DNA of 64,000 nt from the NCBI RefSeq assembly GCF_006345805.1, contig NC_043009.1, positions 62,186,001-62,250,000 on the forward strand, in the 5' to 3' direction. The notes beneath the pieces are model-generated. The model saw only the letters and a program-made list of their open reading frames with translations, was not told where the DNA came from and did not search any database. Source of the DNA: Octopus sinensis (lineage: Eukaryota). The position numbers and the translations under genes were made by a program. Positions within the stretch are counted from its first letter, which is position 1; every line of letters begins with the position of its first letter. Of this stretch, positions 24,921-38,568 are shown piece by piece.

Positions 24921-25270
24921 CAAAATGACTTAACACATCCTATGTAGTGATGCTATCATCCAAACATGGCCTGGGACAATTTTTGGCCGAAAAATATCTA
25001 AGTTTACTGAATTTTAAATTTTAAGTTTATGCATACATTAGATAATTTATAAACACACACACACACACACACACACACGCACGCACGCACACACGCACGC
25101 ACGCACACGCACACACTCACACACACACACATAGACGCATATATAATTTTGTTATAAGGATTCAATAAAATCAAGGAACATCAACACGTAGGGCTCCAGA
25201 AATGGCTAGGTACAATAACATAGAGCGCACTGACCTAAATAATTTTAAACGCCATTATGCCATTTGTGTG

Positions 25271-25319
<49 letters not shown>

Positions 25320-25424
25320 GTGTGCGTGCGTGTGTGTGTGTACACATATACATATACATATATACAACAGTATCGTAATCTTATAGAGAAAACCCACCTT
25401 AAAGTGGTGCTAAACACTACGTTT

Positions 25425-25647
25425 ATATAACGTGGTAGTTGTGAAGCTTGCTTTCCAATCACATGGTTCCGGGTTCAGTCCCACTGTGTAGAACCTTGGA
25501 CAGGTGTCTTCTACTATAGTCTCGGACTGACTAAAGCCTGTGTGTAATTTTCGTAGACGGAAACTGAAAGAAACCCGTTATTATATATGTGTGTGTTTGT
25601 ATGTATTATATATATTATATATATATATATATTATATATATATATAT

Positions 25648-25679
<32 letters not shown>

Positions 25680-25695
25680 TATATATATGTGTGTG

Positions 25696-25726
<31 letters not shown>

Positions 25727-25920
25727 ATGTATATATGCTTATGTGGGTGTGTCTGTTACTTGACAACCAATGTTGGTATGTTTATATTCCCGTAACGTAG
25801 CACTTCGGCAAAACAGACCGATAGAATAAGTACTAAGCTCACAAAGAATAAGTCCTGGGGTCATTAAAGGGCTTTCTAAAAATCCCTTTAATGACTGAAA
25901 CAAGTAAAAGAATACACAGG
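25425..25920 (+). mobile_element. SINE family S2 with internal (TA)/(TG) expansion
   Basis: CACATGGTTCCGGGTTCAGTCCCACTG...GAATAAGTCCTGGGGTC. Confidence 0.75.
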
Positions 25921-25980
25921 TTCGAATGATTTGTTTTAAAATCATAAATTTCATTAATAGGGACCGACTCGGGTCTAAAA

Positions 25981-26330
25981 CAGTGCTTCTCAACCGGGGT
26001 CTTTATTACCTTTGGGGGTGGGGGCCACATAAGATTTTGCTTTTAATAATCTATGTCCAATAAACTGTTTATGCTTCCACAATATACAAAATATTTTTAG
26101 CAATTTTTATACATCTTACAGTATACCTTTGGGGGTGGGGGCCACATAAGATTTTGCTTTTAATAATCTATGTCCAATAAACTGTTTATGCTTCCACAAT
26201 ATACAAAATATTTTTAGCAATTTTTATACATCTTTACTAGTATGTGCTTAAATGTCTATGTCCAATAAACTGTTTATACTGGCTTCCACAATATACAAGA
26301 GCAATTTATAAGTATATTAACAAGGATCGT
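25981..26330 (+). mobile_element. hAT-like terminal fragment with ~118-bp internal tandem duplication
   Basis: Starts CAGTGCTTCTCAACC (cf. the 50139 MITE TIR). Block TACCTTTGGGGGTGGGGGCCACATAAG..TTTTTATACATCTT is repeated twice; no right TIR seen. Confidence 0.4.
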
Positions 26331-26821
26331 ATAAATACAAAATAAAATAATAAGGTGAGAAATGGCTATGAGGGTCGATCCAAGAAAAATAGGAATCAAA
26401 GGGATCCATAAACAAAAAAATAAGGGTTGAGAATGAATGGTCTGAAGGGAGATATCTTCGGATGAGCCAACAAAATGGCTTGCCAGTACCATACAGTAGC
26501 ACTACGAGTAAAAGAGAAAGAGAGGGAGAGAGCGAAAAGTAGTTTGGGAGCGACAGACAGACAGTAGTATCTGTTGTGAGGCAGAAAGGAAAATTTTGGT
26601 ACGTAATTCAATACGGAGGAATAAATAGAAGCAGGATTCGTTGAGGAGGTCAAAGAGATTAAAATGTTGAGAGGGGAGAGAGTGAGACGCATGAGAGAAG
26701 CTTGTGATGTGAAATTCAGATGCGGGTGGGGGGGGGGGTGAAGGGAAATGGCAGAGACACAGTCTCCTAATGTCAGAAGTAGTCTGAAGCAAGGAATTTT
26801 GAAACTTCTACATACCCACCC

Positions 26822-26874
<53 letters not shown>

Positions 26875-26924
26875 CTGTATACATTGCCGTAAACAGTATA
26901 CTGAGTAATATATATATACATATA

Positions 26925-27104
26925 GGCGCAGGAGTGGCTGTGTGCTAAGTAGCTTGCTAACCAACCACATGGTTCCGGGTTCAGTCCCACTGCGTGGCAC
27001 CTTGGGCAAGTGTCTTCTACTATAGCCCCGGGCCGACCAAAGCCTTGTGAGTGGATTTGGTAAACGGAAACCGAAAGAAGCCCGTCGTATATATGTATAT
27101 ACAA

Positions 27105-27142
<38 letters not shown>

Positions 27143-27330
27143 TTGTCCCCCCATCATCACTTGACAACCGATGCTGGTGTGTTTACGCCCCCGTAACTTA
27201 GCGGTTAGGCAAAAGAGACCGATAGAATAAGTACTAAGCTTACAAAGAATAAGTCCTGGGGTCGATTTGCACGACTTAAGGCGGTGCTCCTGTCAAATGA
27301 CTGAAACTGAAACAAGTAAGAGAGTAAAAG
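26925..27330 (+). mobile_element. SINE family S2, full length
   Basis: GGCGCAGGAGTGGCTGTGTG...GAAACAAGTAAGAGAG. Confidence 0.9.
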
Positions 27331-27335
27331 AATAT

Positions 27336-27370
<35 letters not shown>

Positions 27371-27961
27371 ACATATATATATATATATATGTATGTATAT
27401 AAAGTAAAGAGTATATATATAAATATATATAATATATTTTATATAATATATATTATATATGTACATACCATAAGGCAAAATTCACTCGTCACTAAGTGTG
27501 ACTAAGAGTACCGAAACACCTACGTTGCTAGAAATAAGAGTTAAAATACTGTTAATGCTATCTGGGAGAATGTATATATGTATCAATGAATGCATAAGCA
27601 TATATGTTAGAAGAAAATAATAATTAGCTGTAGCGAGGTTATTTTAAAACATCCACATTAAAAATTCCAATTTGTAGATCAAGCTTTAAAACATTACAGC
27701 TACAAAGAAATACATCAAATATACGACACGTAATTAGACAAACGCAAATCTCGCAGAAAGTCTATTGAAGGAACACCAATAACAGAAAAGCAACTCCATC
27801 CAAATTTTTAAAAAATGGTACAAATCAGTGCATCTCTTTTTAAACATAAATATATGAAGTAAAGAGAATACAAGAAGCCCATACAATATTAGAATAATGG
27901 ATAAATAAATTAAGACATAAAAAGAGAATATATATAAATAAGGGATTAAAAAAGAGAACAC

Positions 27962-29113
27962 AGGCGTGAGCTGGTAGAATCGTTAGCAACGACGGCGAAA
28001 TGCTTAGCAGTATTTCGTCTGCCGCTACGTTCTGAGTTCAAATTCCGCCGAGGTCGACTTTGCCTTTCATCCTTTCGAGGTCGATTAATAAGCACCAGTT
28101 CTCACTGGGGTCGATATAATCGACTTAATCCGTGTGTCTGTCCTTGTTTGTCCCCTCTTGTTAGCCCCTTGTGGGCAGTAAAGAAATAGGTAATTCGTCT
28201 GCCGTTACGTTCCGAGATTTCAAATTCCGCCGAGGTCGACTTTGCCTTTCATCCTTCGGGGTCGATAAATAGTACCCATTACGCATGGGTCGATATAATC
28301 GACTTTCCGTGTGTGTGTCCTGTTTTGTCCCCTCTGGGTATAGCCCCTTGTGGGGCAGTAAAGAAATAGGTATTTCGTCTGCCGTTACGTCCGATTTCAA
28401 ATTCCGCCGAGGTCGACTTTCCCTTTCATCCTTTCGGGTCGATAAAATAAGTACCAGTTACGCCTGGGGTCGATATAATCGACTTAATCCGTGTGTCCGT
28501 CCTTTTTGTCCCCTCTGTGTATAGCCCCTTGTGGGCAGTAAAAGAAATAGGTATTTCGTCTGCCGTTACGTTCCGATTCAATTCCACCGAGTCGACTTTG
28601 CCTTTCATCCTTTCGGGGGTCGATAAAATAAGTACAGTTACGCACTGGGGTCGATATAATCGACTTAATCCGTGTGTCTGTCCTTGTTTGTCCCCTCTGT
28701 GTATAGCCCCTTGTGGGCAGTAAAGAAATAGGTATTTCGTCTGCCGTTACGTTCCGAGTTCAAATTCCGCCGAGTCGACTTTGCCTTTCATCCTTTCGGG
28801 GTCGATAAAATAAGTTCCAGTTACGCACTGGGGTCGATATAATCGACTTAATCCGTGTGTCTCTCCTTGTTTGTCCCCTCTGTGTATAGCCCCTTGTGGG
28901 CAATAAGGAAATAAGAATCGTTAGCGAGCCGGGCGAACTGCTTAGCAGTATTTCGTCTGTCTCTACGTTCCGAGCTCAAATTTCGTCGAGGTCGACTTTG
29001 CCTTTCATCCTTTCGGGGTCGATAAATTAAGTACCAGTTGCGTACTAGGGTCAATCTAATCGACTGGTCCCCTCCCTCAAGACTTTTGCCTTGTGCCTAG
29101 AGTAGAAAAGATT
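27962..29113 (+). repeat. Head-to-tail array of SINE S1: five ~180-bp units plus a sixth variant
   Basis: Units start at TA(T/A)TTCGTCTGCCG at ~28011, 28191, 28371, 28552 and 28732; each ends GTAAAGAAATAGG. Confidence 0.92.
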
Positions 29114-29217
29114 ATATACAATGTATATAGATACACGAAACTGAAAAATATCGGTAGTGAAATCACTCTTCAAAACACCATCTATATACTCGTCCACAAT
29201 CAATGCACAAGACACCC

Positions 29218-29250
<33 letters not shown>

Positions 29251-29339
29251 CGCCGCGCACGTGCTTGTATGTGCATGTGTACGTAACAAATAATAGAGAC
29301 GGAAAATAAAATATGCGAGAAACTTCATATATATATATA

Positions 29340-29394
<55 letters not shown>

Positions 29395-30339
29395 CGTGTG
29401 TGTGTGTGTGTGTGTGTGTGTTGTGTGTGTATTTATATATATATAAGTATACAGACAGACAGATGGATGGATGCTCACACACACACTCGAACAGTCTTCC
29501 GTCATCTATACTAGGCATATTGCTTACTTGTACCTACCAGTAGTCTTATATTGATTAGTTCATAATGTTAGTTGGTGATTATACATGTTTGAAGATGGTG
29601 GATGTATGCGATGATGTAATCTATGAATGCATTAATAGAATGTTACCGAAACAGCTGTAGGAAATTTAAACCGTATTTGTGTTCTTTATAGGGTGCGTGT
29701 ACAGGATAAAGTTGTATAGTGTATAATGTGTAATGTGTAATGTATAATGTGATGCATAAAGTGAAGTGCGTACGTTGTATAATGTATAGGGTGTAAGCGT
29801 GTAAAAGTACTGTGTGTGTGTGTTGGTTTATTTATGTGTCGGTTTGTTTATGTGGGGGTACAATTTTCATGAGAGTGTGTGTGTTGGAGTGGTGGGGGTG
29901 GATATCTACATGTTGTTTATATTATAGGGGTGTACAAAACAGACGCCGACAGATTGTGCTCTTTCCATCTTCAACAGTGGAGAGCGGTTGCCGTTTCCCC
30001 TTCCATGTCGGCTATATCTGACGAGCGTATATCGTACAACTGGTTTGTTGCCTAACACTCCATTACATAATTTCACACGAAACCGATTGGTATACACACA
30101 CAGACACATACACACGCGCATATAGTGCACACACTAGTACTGACCACTTCCCAGCACCTATACCAACTTACACATGCACACACGCACACGTCAATGTCAC
30201 CAGCCCCCTTCCACACGCACATACACGCTCTCACATACACACGCACGCGCACCTTCATTTTGGGATCACCATTACTTTATTATCTCCCCTCCTTCCTAGC
30301 TCTCCTGTGTGACCCCTCTGTCCGGCATTTGCCATGATA

Positions 30340-30525
30340 GATCGCTAGCCACTATACCTTTTTCTATTTTCTCTCCCTGTTTATTTCTGTGTTCCTTTCT
30401 GTCGAAGAGCGTAGGCACGAAACGTAAAAGACTTTCTCACTTCCCGAGCGTTAAACTAATACATCTGTCTGTTGTTTAAACACCCGTCTTCATTTTTTGT
30501 TTTTTCCTTGTAAATTCTCACTATA
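30340..30525 (+). mobile_element. Family B short element
   Basis: Homologous to 1000-1190 and 44830-45030; ends AAATTCTCAC(TA)n. Confidence 0.65.
30395..30430 (+). ncRNA. Minimal hammerhead variant (CUGUCGA core)
   Basis: CTTT-CTGTCGA-A-GAGC-GTAG-GCAC-GAAAC-GTA-AAAG; palindromic ACGT stem III; one stem II mismatch. Confidence 0.55.
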
Positions 30526-30879
30526 TATATATATATATATATAACACTTTTTTCCCAAAAAATTTCAAGTGGCCAGCATATTCAAATACCTTTTAAAGTG
30601 AAAATTATAAACGGCGTGTATTTATAGTGATGTATATTGTATGTGGTGATTGACATTTTAAAGTCTGTTTCTCACCATATTGGCATAGACATGTTTTCTT
30701 TTGCCCTTATTTACACAAGAGATCCATCATCACCATTGCCATCCAATTCTACTGCTACTACCATTACCACTACTACTACTCCAATTAGTGAGGATCCACT
30801 CATTTCTTCTTCCCTTCCCCTACTATCCACTTCAATTGAAGCTCCATGATAAATTTGCCAACTCTAAATAAAGTAAAAT

Positions 30880-31762
30880 CATGAACACACGAAACCCCAA
30901 ATTATGCCGAGAAACTATGCATACGCAGTGACTGTAGCTTCACCCATCTGCCTGGGACAGACGAACAATTCCTACAAGCGACGCCAAACCACACATCTTA
31001 CAACACCACCACCATCACTACTAAATGCTAAATCACACTGAGTAATTTCTACACATGTAACGCGGAATCCTAAAATCTGTTGCTTTCCCAACACGAAAGA
31101 TTATGTCTGCTGTGTGACTGTTCCTTCACTAATCTTTTAGGAACCCGATGCACTAGTAAAAGCATGACTTCAAATCACTACCAAATCCACAGTAGAAATA
31201 TCCCTTACAGTGGCAGTGTTGGTCCAGTCTTTCATAGAAACCCAAATGTCACCCAGATATCTACTATAAAATAGCCGCAAACCATGGTGGATCTGGCAAA
31301 AGAAATAAAAAAGACTTCTAGCTCTTACACAGCACTAACCACTGCTATTACCCCAGTGCACAACCACACACCATTGCTGTCATAAACTCACAAACTCAAC
31401 TCTATGATAATGCCGAATGTACAAGGTCTTTCACATTTCACAAATTGAACATAAGTATCATATCTTAGATACCTTGCAAATCGAGAGACCTCGTACAGCG
31501 AGAAAAGATAACATATATAGCACTAAGTGAAACGCACCTGACCCCAGACATATTGGATGTAGAAGTGCATATGTTAGGTTAAGTATTACTCAGAAATGAC
31601 CACAGAATACAGAAACAAGGGGAAATAGCGATTTTCATCCAAGAAGACCTGGCAACAAATGTCCTCCTCTTTCTCTCCAACAGTGTGCGATACACTAAAA
31701 ATACATGTGATTGACCTCAACTTGATCATAGGCATCATCTACTGTCTTCCTGATGCAGCTAG
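30880..31762 (+). pseudogene. CR1-clade LINE relic (ORF1 end / APE endonuclease start), truncated by the gap
   Basis: ..PKLCRE..; NVQGL; ITYIALSETHLTPDILDVEVHMLG..LLRND..IAIFIQEDL..IIGIIYCLPD. Confidence 0.7.
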
Positions 31763-31862
31763 NNNNNNNNNNNNNNNNNNNNNNNNNNNNNNNNNNNNNN
31801 NNNNNNNNNNNNNNNNNNNNNNNNNNNNNNNNNNNNNNNNNNNNNNNNNNNNNNNNNNNNNN
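31763..31862. other. Assembly gap (100 N)
   Basis: Run of N. Confidence 1.
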
Positions 31863-32181
31863 CCTAACTCAGATTCTAGGAAACCCCAAAATGGCAGAAA
31901 TTCAAAAGATAGTGCTCATGGGAACTGCTCATATCCTACGCAAAATGCTTTCTATGTAATCTCAGGGTTTAAAACAAATATAATTTTCGTTTTTTTTTGT
32001 GTGGACATTCACAAGTACAATACAAAAAAAACCCCCCCAAATACATGGCACACTAGGCATAACAACAACATGAACTTCCAACCTGTTGTCTCTTGAGGTC
32101 TCTGGGTAAGACTTGGAGCCAACTTGTACAAATATAAAGCAAAAGTCAAACATATAATAATAAATAATAATAATAATAATA

Positions 32182-32216
<35 letters not shown>

Positions 32217-32574
32217 TAATAATATATAAACCAGGCATTGTCGTGGTGAAAAACAAAAGAAAGACAAAACTGGGCATTGTTGTGATGAATAAAAATAGAT
32301 AACCGACATTGTATGTCCTGGTGAAAACAGGATGAAAGAGAAAGAAGAAAAAATGAACAACTGATGGTTTCTTTGCCCTAGGAGTCGGGAAGACACTCGG
32401 CAAAAATCGAAGCAAATTTGAAAGAAGAAAAAAAAGATAACACAAATAATAATGATGATAATAATAATAATAATAATAATAAATAATAATAATAATAAAT
32501 AATAATAATAATAATAATATAATAATAATAAGAGAAGAAAGAAGAGAAGAAGAGAAGAAGAAGAAGAAGAAGAA

Positions 32575-33715
32575 GAAAACAAGAAAGCATCATACTCAGT
32601 CACAAAACAGGCAAAGGAATATCTAAGTGAATTCCGAATACAACCAATTTCGGAATTAGAGATAGACATACAAGAAACAAACACAGAAAAAGCTAGGCGC
32701 ATGAAAACCCGTGCCAAAACTGCGGCCTTAGATATTCTGAATAATAAATGGCAAGAAAAACCTCTCTATGGCAAATACCCAAAGAGAGCGAATAATGCAG
32801 ATATCGACAAAGTCCTGACCCATCAATGGCTAATGTCCTCTGGCTTAAAATCTGAAACAGAGGGGTTTATCATAGCAGCTCAAGATCAATGCCTACCAAC
32901 AAGAAACTACCAGACCAACATATTAAAGAACGGCAGTAGCCCAACATGTCGTGTAGCCGACAACAAAATGAAACCATTGACCATGTTGTCTCCAAATGCA
33001 GTCTTCTAGCGCCTACAGAGTACCTCATAGGCATGATAGAGCAGCACAATATATTCACTGGGTAATTTGCAAAAACCTCGATGTGGCCCCATGAAAAAAA
33101 ACTGGTGGGAACACAATCCACCTCCTGTGCTTGAAAATGACCACATCTCACTCTTCTGGAACTTCACCATTCAAACTGACAGGAAGATAGATGAAAATAG
33201 GCCAGACATCATATTGAAAGACTTCAGACAAAGAACATGCCTCCTCATTGATATGACTGTCCCAATCGATATAAACGTATCTGTCAAGACCTACCAAAAA
33301 CTGAGCAAATATAAAGATCTTGAAATAGAAATCAGCAAAATGTGGAAGCTGAAAACTAAAACAATACCTGTTGTCATAGGAGTCCTGGGAATGATAGCGA
33401 AAGGGTCTGATTGCTACCTAACTCAGATACCAGGAAACCCCAAAATGGCAGAAATTCAAAAGATAGTGCTCATGGGAACTGCTCATATCCTACTCAAAAT
33501 ACTCTCTATGTAATCCCAAGGTTTAAAACAAACATTTTTTAAATTTTATTTTTTTATTTGTTTATTTTTTTATTTTTATGTATTAGACATTCACTAGTAC
33601 AACACACCCCCCCCCCAAATATATGGCACAGGACTTCTAACCTGTTGTCTCTTGAGGTCTCTGGGTGAGACTTGGAGCCAACTTGTACAGACATAAAGCA
33701 AAAGTCAAACATAGA
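32575..33715 (+). mobile_element. 5'-truncated R4/Dong-like RLE retrotransposon, copy A1
   Basis: KWQEKPLYGKY..LKSETEGFIIAAQDQ..CCHC knuckle..NRPDII..LIDMTVP..KLSKYKDL (PD-(D/E)xK); (AAT)n tail. Confidence 0.9.
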
Positions 33716-33780
33716 ATAATAATAATTATAATAATAATAATAATAAAAAAAATAATAATGATAATAATAATAATAATAAT

Positions 33781-34507
33781 CATGTTGTCTCCAAGTGCAG
33801 TCTTCTAGCGCCTACAGAGTACCTCATAGGCATGATAGAGCTGCACAATATATTCACTGGGTAATTTGCAAAAACCTCGATTTGCCCCATGAAAAAAACT
33901 GGTGGGAACACAAACCACCTCCAGTGCTTGAAAATGACCACATCTCACTCCTCTGGAACTTCACCATTCAAACTGACAGAAAGATAGATGCAAATAGGCT
34001 AGACATCGTATTGAAAGACTTCAGATAAAGAACATGCCTCCTCATTGATATGACTGTCCCAATCGATATAAACGTATCTGTCAAGACCTACCAAAAACTG
34101 AGCAAATATAAAGATCTTGAAATAGAAAAAAGCAAAATGTGGAACCTGAAAACTAAAACAATACCTGTTGTCATAGGTGTCCTGGGAATGATAGCGAAAG
34201 GGGCTGATTGCTACCTAACTCAGATTCTAGGAAACCCCAAAATGGCAGAAATTCAAAAGATAGTGCTCATGGGAACTGCTCATATCCTACGCAAAATGCT
34301 TTCTATGTAATCTCAGGGTTTAAAACAAATATAATTTTCGTTTTTTTTTTGTGTGGACATTCACAAGTACAATACAACCCCCCCCCCCCCCCCAATACAT
34401 GGCACACTAGGCATAACAACAACATGAACTTCCAACCTGTTGTCTCTTGAGGTCTCTGGGTAAGACTTGGAGCCAACTTGTACAAATATAAAGCAAAAGT
34501 CAAACAT
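33781..34507 (+). mobile_element. Shorter 5'-truncated RLE copy B1
   Basis: Begins CATGTTGTCTCCAAGTGC. Same family as A with diagnostic substitutions and its own 3' UTR variant; (AAT)n on both sides. Confidence 0.9.
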
Positions 34508-34828
34508 ATAATAATAATAATAATAATAATATAATAATAATAATAATAATATAATTAATAATAATAATAATAATATAACCAGGCATTGTCGTGGTGAAAA
34601 AACAAAAGAAAGAACAAAACTGGGCATTGTTGTGATGAATAAAAATAGATAACCGACATTGTATGTCCTGGTGAAAACAGGATGAAAGAGAAAGAAGAAA
34701 AAAATGAACAACTGATGGTTTCTTTGCCCTAGGAGTCGGGAAGACACTCGGCAAAAATCGAAGCAAATTTGAAAGAAGAAAAAAAAGATAACAACAATAA
34801 TAATGATGATAATAATAATAATAATAAT

Positions 34829-34875
<47 letters not shown>

Positions 34876-34899
34876 GAAGAAGAAGAAGAAGAAGAAGAA

Positions 34900-36040
34900 G
34901 AAAACAAGAAAGCATCATACTCAGTCACAAAACAGGCAAAGGAATATCTAAGTGAATTCCGAATACAACCAATTTCGGAATTAGAGATAGACATACAAGA
35001 AACAAACACAGAAAAAGCTAGGCGCATGAAAACCCGTGCCAAAACTGCGGCCTTAGATATTCTGAATAATAAATGGCAAGAAAAACCTCTCTATGGCAAA
35101 TACCCAAAGAGAGCGAATAATGCAGATATCGACAAAGCCCTGACCCATCAATGGCTAATGTCCTCTGGCTTAAAATCTGAAACAGAGGGGTTTATCATAG
35201 CAGCTCAAGATCAATGCCTACCAACAAGAAACTACCAGACCAACATATTAAAGAACGGCAGTAGCCCAACATGTCGTGTATGCCGACAACAAAATGAAAC
35301 CATTGACCATGTTGTCTCCAAATGCAGTCTTCTAGCGCCTACAGAGTACCTCATAGGCATGATAGAGCAGCACAATATATTCACTGGGTAATTTGCAAAA
35401 ACCTCGATTTGCCCCATGAAAAAAACTGGTGGGAACACAATCCACCTCCTGTGCTTGAAAATGACCACATCTCACTCTTCTGGAACTTCACCATTCAAAC
35501 TGACAGGAAGATAGATGAAAATAGGCCAGACATCATATTGAAAGACTTCAGACAAAGAACATGCCTCCTCATTGATATGACTGTCCCAATCGATATAAAC
35601 GTATCTGTCAAGACCTACCAAAAACTGAGCAAATATAAAGATCTTGAAATAGAAATCAGTAAAATGTGGAAGCTGAAGACTAAAACAATACCTGTTGTCA
35701 TAGGAGTCCTGGGAATGATAGCGAAAGGGTCTGATTGCTACCTAACTCAGATACCAGGAAACCCCAAAATGGCAGAAATTCAAAAGATAGTGCTCATGGG
35801 AACTGCTCATATCCTACTCAAAATACTCTCTATGTAATCCCAAGGTTTAAAACAAACAATTTTTTAAATTTTATTTTTTTATTTGTTTATTTTTTTATTT
35901 TTATGTATTAGACATTCACTAGTACACAACCAACCCCCCCCCAAATATATGGCACAGGACTTCTAACCTGTTGTCTCTGAGGTCTCTGGGTGAGACTTGG
36001 AGCCAACTTGTACAGACATAAAGCAAAAGTCAAACATAGA
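34900..36040 (+). mobile_element. RLE copy A2
   Basis: ORFs 35026-35391 (CRVC..ETIDHVVSKC) and 35322-35837. Confidence 0.9.
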
Positions 36041-36105
36041 ATAATAATAATTATAATAATAATAATAATAAAAAAAATAATAATGATAATAATAATAATA
36101 ATAAT

Positions 36106-36823
36106 CATGTTGTCTCCAAGTGCAGTCTTCTAGCGCCTACAGAGTACCTCATAGGCATGATAGAGCTGCACAATATATTCACTGGGTAATTTGCAAAAAC
36201 CTCGATTTGCCCCATGAAAAAAACTGGTGGGAACACAAACCACCTCCAGTGCTTGAAAATGACCACATCTCACTCCTCTGGAACTTCACCATTCAAACTG
36301 ACAGAAAGATAGATGCAAATAGGCTAGACATCGTATTGAAAGACTTCAGATAAAGACATGCCTCCTCATTGATATGACTGTCCCATCGATATAAACGTAT
36401 CTGTCAAGACCTACCAAAAACTGAGCAAATATAAAGATCTTGAAATAGAAAAAAGCAAAATGTGGAACCTGAAAACTAAAACAATACCTGTTGTCATAGG
36501 AGTCCTGGGAATGATAGCGAAAGGGGCTGATTGCTACCTAACTCAGATTCTAGGAAACCCCAAAATGGCAGAAATTCAAAAGATAGTGCTCATGGGAACT
36601 GCTCATATCCTACGCAAAATGCTTTCTATGTAATCTCAGGGTTTAAAACAAATATAATTTTCGTTTTTTTTTGTGTGGACATTCACAAGTACAATACAAA
36701 AAAACCCCCCAAATACATGGCACACTAGGCATAACAACAACATGAACTTCCAACCTGTTGTCTCTTGAGGTCTCTGGGTAAGACTTGGAGCCAACTTGTA
36801 CAAATATAAAGCAAAAGTCAAAC

Positions 36824-36825
<2 letters not shown>
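36106..36825 (+). mobile_element. RLE copy B2
   Basis: Near-identical to 33781-34507. Confidence 0.9.
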
Positions 36826-36912
<87 letters not shown>

Positions 36913-37689
36913 TAAACCAGGCATTGTCGTGGTGAAAAACAAAAGAAAGAACAAAACTGGGCATTGTTGTGATGAATAAAGATAGATAACCGATATTGTA
37001 TGTCCTGGTGAAAACAGGATGAAAGAGAAAGAAGAAAAAAATGAACAGCTAATACGATTTGAAGTAGAAAATACGATGGTTGTGGTCAATGAGGAGAGTA
37101 GACGTGATACCAATAGAAATTGGTGCAACAACAACAACAATAATTCCTCTTTAAATACATAATAATAATAATGATAATGTTGAGGATAATAATAATAATA
37201 ATTATAATAATAATAATAATGGCCATCTCAAGAGAGACACACCGCAAACTCTTACAGTATATGGAGAACACGGAATCAAGACAGGAGGCCCTATTTGGAT
37301 GATGATGATGATGGTGATGGTGATGATGATAATGATGATGGTAATGGTGGTGATAATGATGATAGTGATAATAATGGTGATGATAATAACAATAATAAGC
37401 CGACAACGGCTGCTATAATGGTACGATTATAATTGTAACGGCAATGATGGCCGTCTCCCCACGAGCCAATCAAAGCTCAAAAATGATACGAGAACAAATT
37501 AGCAAATGTGAGGAGGGATATCCTTAGAAATAACAGACTCACAGACAGTGAAATAAGCGCGATCAAGCACGCAACGGAAAATGAAGAGCATTGTCCATGT
37601 GAGAACTGTTGCTGCTCATGTATTTTAATTTAACTTAAAAAAAAATGAACGAACTATTGAGTTTGGTTTAATGGCCTACCAATGTATAC

Positions 37690-37818
37690 TATGAGTTTCT
37701 TTGCCCTAGGAGTCGGGAAGACACTCGGCAAGAAATGGAAGCAAATTTGAAAGAAGAAAAAAAAAGTAATAATAATAATAATAATAATAATGATAATAAT
37801 GATAATAATAATAATAAC

Positions 37819-37889
<71 letters not shown>

Positions 37890-37902
37890 TATAATAATAA
37901 TG

Positions 37903-37963
<61 letters not shown>

Positions 37964-38025
37964 TAATAATAATAATAATAATTATAATAATAATAATTAT
38001 AATAATAATAATAATAATAATAAGT
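37690..38025 (+). mobile_element. Short retroposon 3' tail followed by long (AAT)n
   Basis: TTTCTTTGCCCTAGGAGTCGGGAAGACACTCGGC..TTTGAAAGAAGAAAAAAA, also at 32366 and ~34718; always followed by (AAT)n. Confidence 0.7.
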
Positions 38026-38059
38026 TATCATGTACATTGTTTTGTTTATCATGTACATT

Positions 38060-38568
38060 GTTTTGTTGGAAGTGTTATCATGTACATTGTTTTGTCTTGG
38101 TATAAAAGATGGGCTACAGCAAATATTCTGCTCAATACCACAGATTTGCTTGTCAGTTGTTTGACCTTAACCAGTTGAGCATGTCCCTTAGTGGCTGACG
38201 ATATGTGCATCTCTGATCACGAGCAGAAGTAGTGGGGGAGCATCATAGCCATGTGTTGAGAAGGATTCTTTGGGATTTGAATAATTCACCTCTGGAAACA
38301 TGGGTGTTTCGTTCAACATCCTTAAACAATCCTTATTCAGGGACCTTTTGAGCGGAATGGGCTACGCGACCAGAAGAAAATTCTAACTGGGCCCCACCTG
38401 CAGGGTCATGTGCTGTTAATCTTGATATGAGATCACTATGTCGCGCACATATGGTTGTGATGCATGTGCCTGGTGTACTCTTATCAGACGGGTAGTCATG
38501 ATGGGTATACTGGGCTTCGTATATTTTACCCCAGTGTCACTTTGATGGCATGCACTGCTCTCTCACTC

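Larger units (their letters stand above)
31863..37050 (+). repeat. ~2.34-kb tandem repeat (about 2.2 copies) of R4/Dong-like LINE 3' ends embedded in (AAT)n
   Basis: Marker CCAGGCATTGTCGTGG at 32231, 34579 and 36917; near-identical units. Confidence 0.92.

Noticed and set aside
27962-29113. CRISPR-like regular array
   Set aside because: Units are whole ~180-bp SINE bodies with no unique spacers and no cas genes; the context is eukaryotic.
30014-30095. CTGACGA-GCG...CAC-GAAAC-CGATTG-GTA hammerhead-like motif
   Set aside because: Stem I cannot be paired and stem II has a mismatch; it may be a relic, but the evidence is insufficient.
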